This document shows positions 63,290 to 64,000 of a DNA stretch of 64,000 bases, one piece after another. Source of the DNA: Epiperipatus broadwayi (taxonomy: Eukaryota > Animalia > Onychophora); NCBI GenBank assembly GCA_028023455.1, contig JAQFVV010000008.1:16988001-17052000 (forward strand), in the 5' to 3' direction. The position numbers and the translations under genes are program-made. Within the stretch, counting starts at the first letter, position 1. The number at the start of each line of letters is the position of its first letter. The notes under the pieces were generated by a model. That model saw only the letters and a list, made by a program, of their open reading frames with translations. It searched no databases and was not told the origin of the DNA.

Positions 63290-64000
63290 TATAGCAATTG
63301 GAGCTGTTTGAATCTTATCTTATCTGTAGTCCAGGGCACCACCGGGCTACTTAAACCTGAAAAATTTATATAATAGGCAGATATGTAAGTTAAGATCCAA
63401 TTTTATTTTATTATAGACCGTTAGCCCCAGTCACTAGCTCACAAAGCAGCAGAGATAAAGAAAGATAATAAATAATGAGAATAAGCTACTTGTTCAACTG
63501 ATTTCACTCGTTATTGCTAGCATCTGTGCAACATGAGGGCAAATTGGGTCAGATAATCCTAAAGATTCAGCCCTCTGACATATCACATGCGTTTAAAGTC
63601 TGCAGTTTTGCTACTTGCCTGCGGAAAAACAAATTTTCATTCATACTATTTTTGTATTTCTCCTGCATGACTTGATACATAATTGTTTCTTGATGCTCTG
63701 CACTCCAAAAGTTCCCCAAAACCGCATCTTTGTATTTCTGGAAGGTTTGTGGGTAGTGGAACAAAGATTCCCACCATGCTTGAGCATCTCTATGCAAATG
63801 ATTACACACAATTTCCAGTTGACTAAACTCATCTATTGGGTTTAAGTGGAAATATTTTTCCAGACACCTATTATGCTCAATAGGAGCTTCTCCTGCCTGA
63901 CCCTCAAATATCTTGATTTTCAAAAACTGATTAATACTTTGCAGAGGTATTTGTTGATTTCTTCCCTCCCTGCTTTTAACTAAACTTTCATCTGGCCCAC
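63290..64000 (-). mobile_element. Gag-containing LTR-like unit, second copy, continuing past the window edge
   Basis: ORF 63567-63923 reads KIFEGQAGEAPIEH..CLEKYF...DAQAWWE...FW (Gypsy capsid). It is followed directly by the LTR 3' end homologous to 57499-57760. Confidence 0.7.

Overview
Very AT-rich, CpG-depleted animal (probably invertebrate) genomic DNA. There is no prokaryotic content and I saw no rRNA, tRNA or CRISPR array. One host gene is supportable, on the minus strand: a PARP14/9/15-type macrodomain protein. Its macrodomain is split between an exon at 50038-48817 and a terminal exon at 4801-4209, which implies a 44-kb intron. That intron and the upstream region are filled with retroelements. 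These are a young non-autonomous Ty3/Gypsy element with 2.5-kb LTRs (4894-12037), two decayed RTE LINEs, two decayed Mag/K02A2.6-like Gypsy elements, a Penelope-like element nested in a Gypsy LTR, and a mosaic Gypsy cluster at 53.6-64 kb. The most striking signal is a set of short non-coding retroposons with 11-15 bp target-site duplications and overlapping inverted arms. Several carry minimal type-I hammerhead ribozymes, from 3 to 5 distinct families. The clearest is a retrozyme-like ~470-bp tandem unit at 28159-29321. One of its ribozyme copies keeps an intact catalytic core and lies in the sense orientation of the host pre-mRNA. All alignments, identities and folds were made by eye. Boundaries of old elements are approximate.
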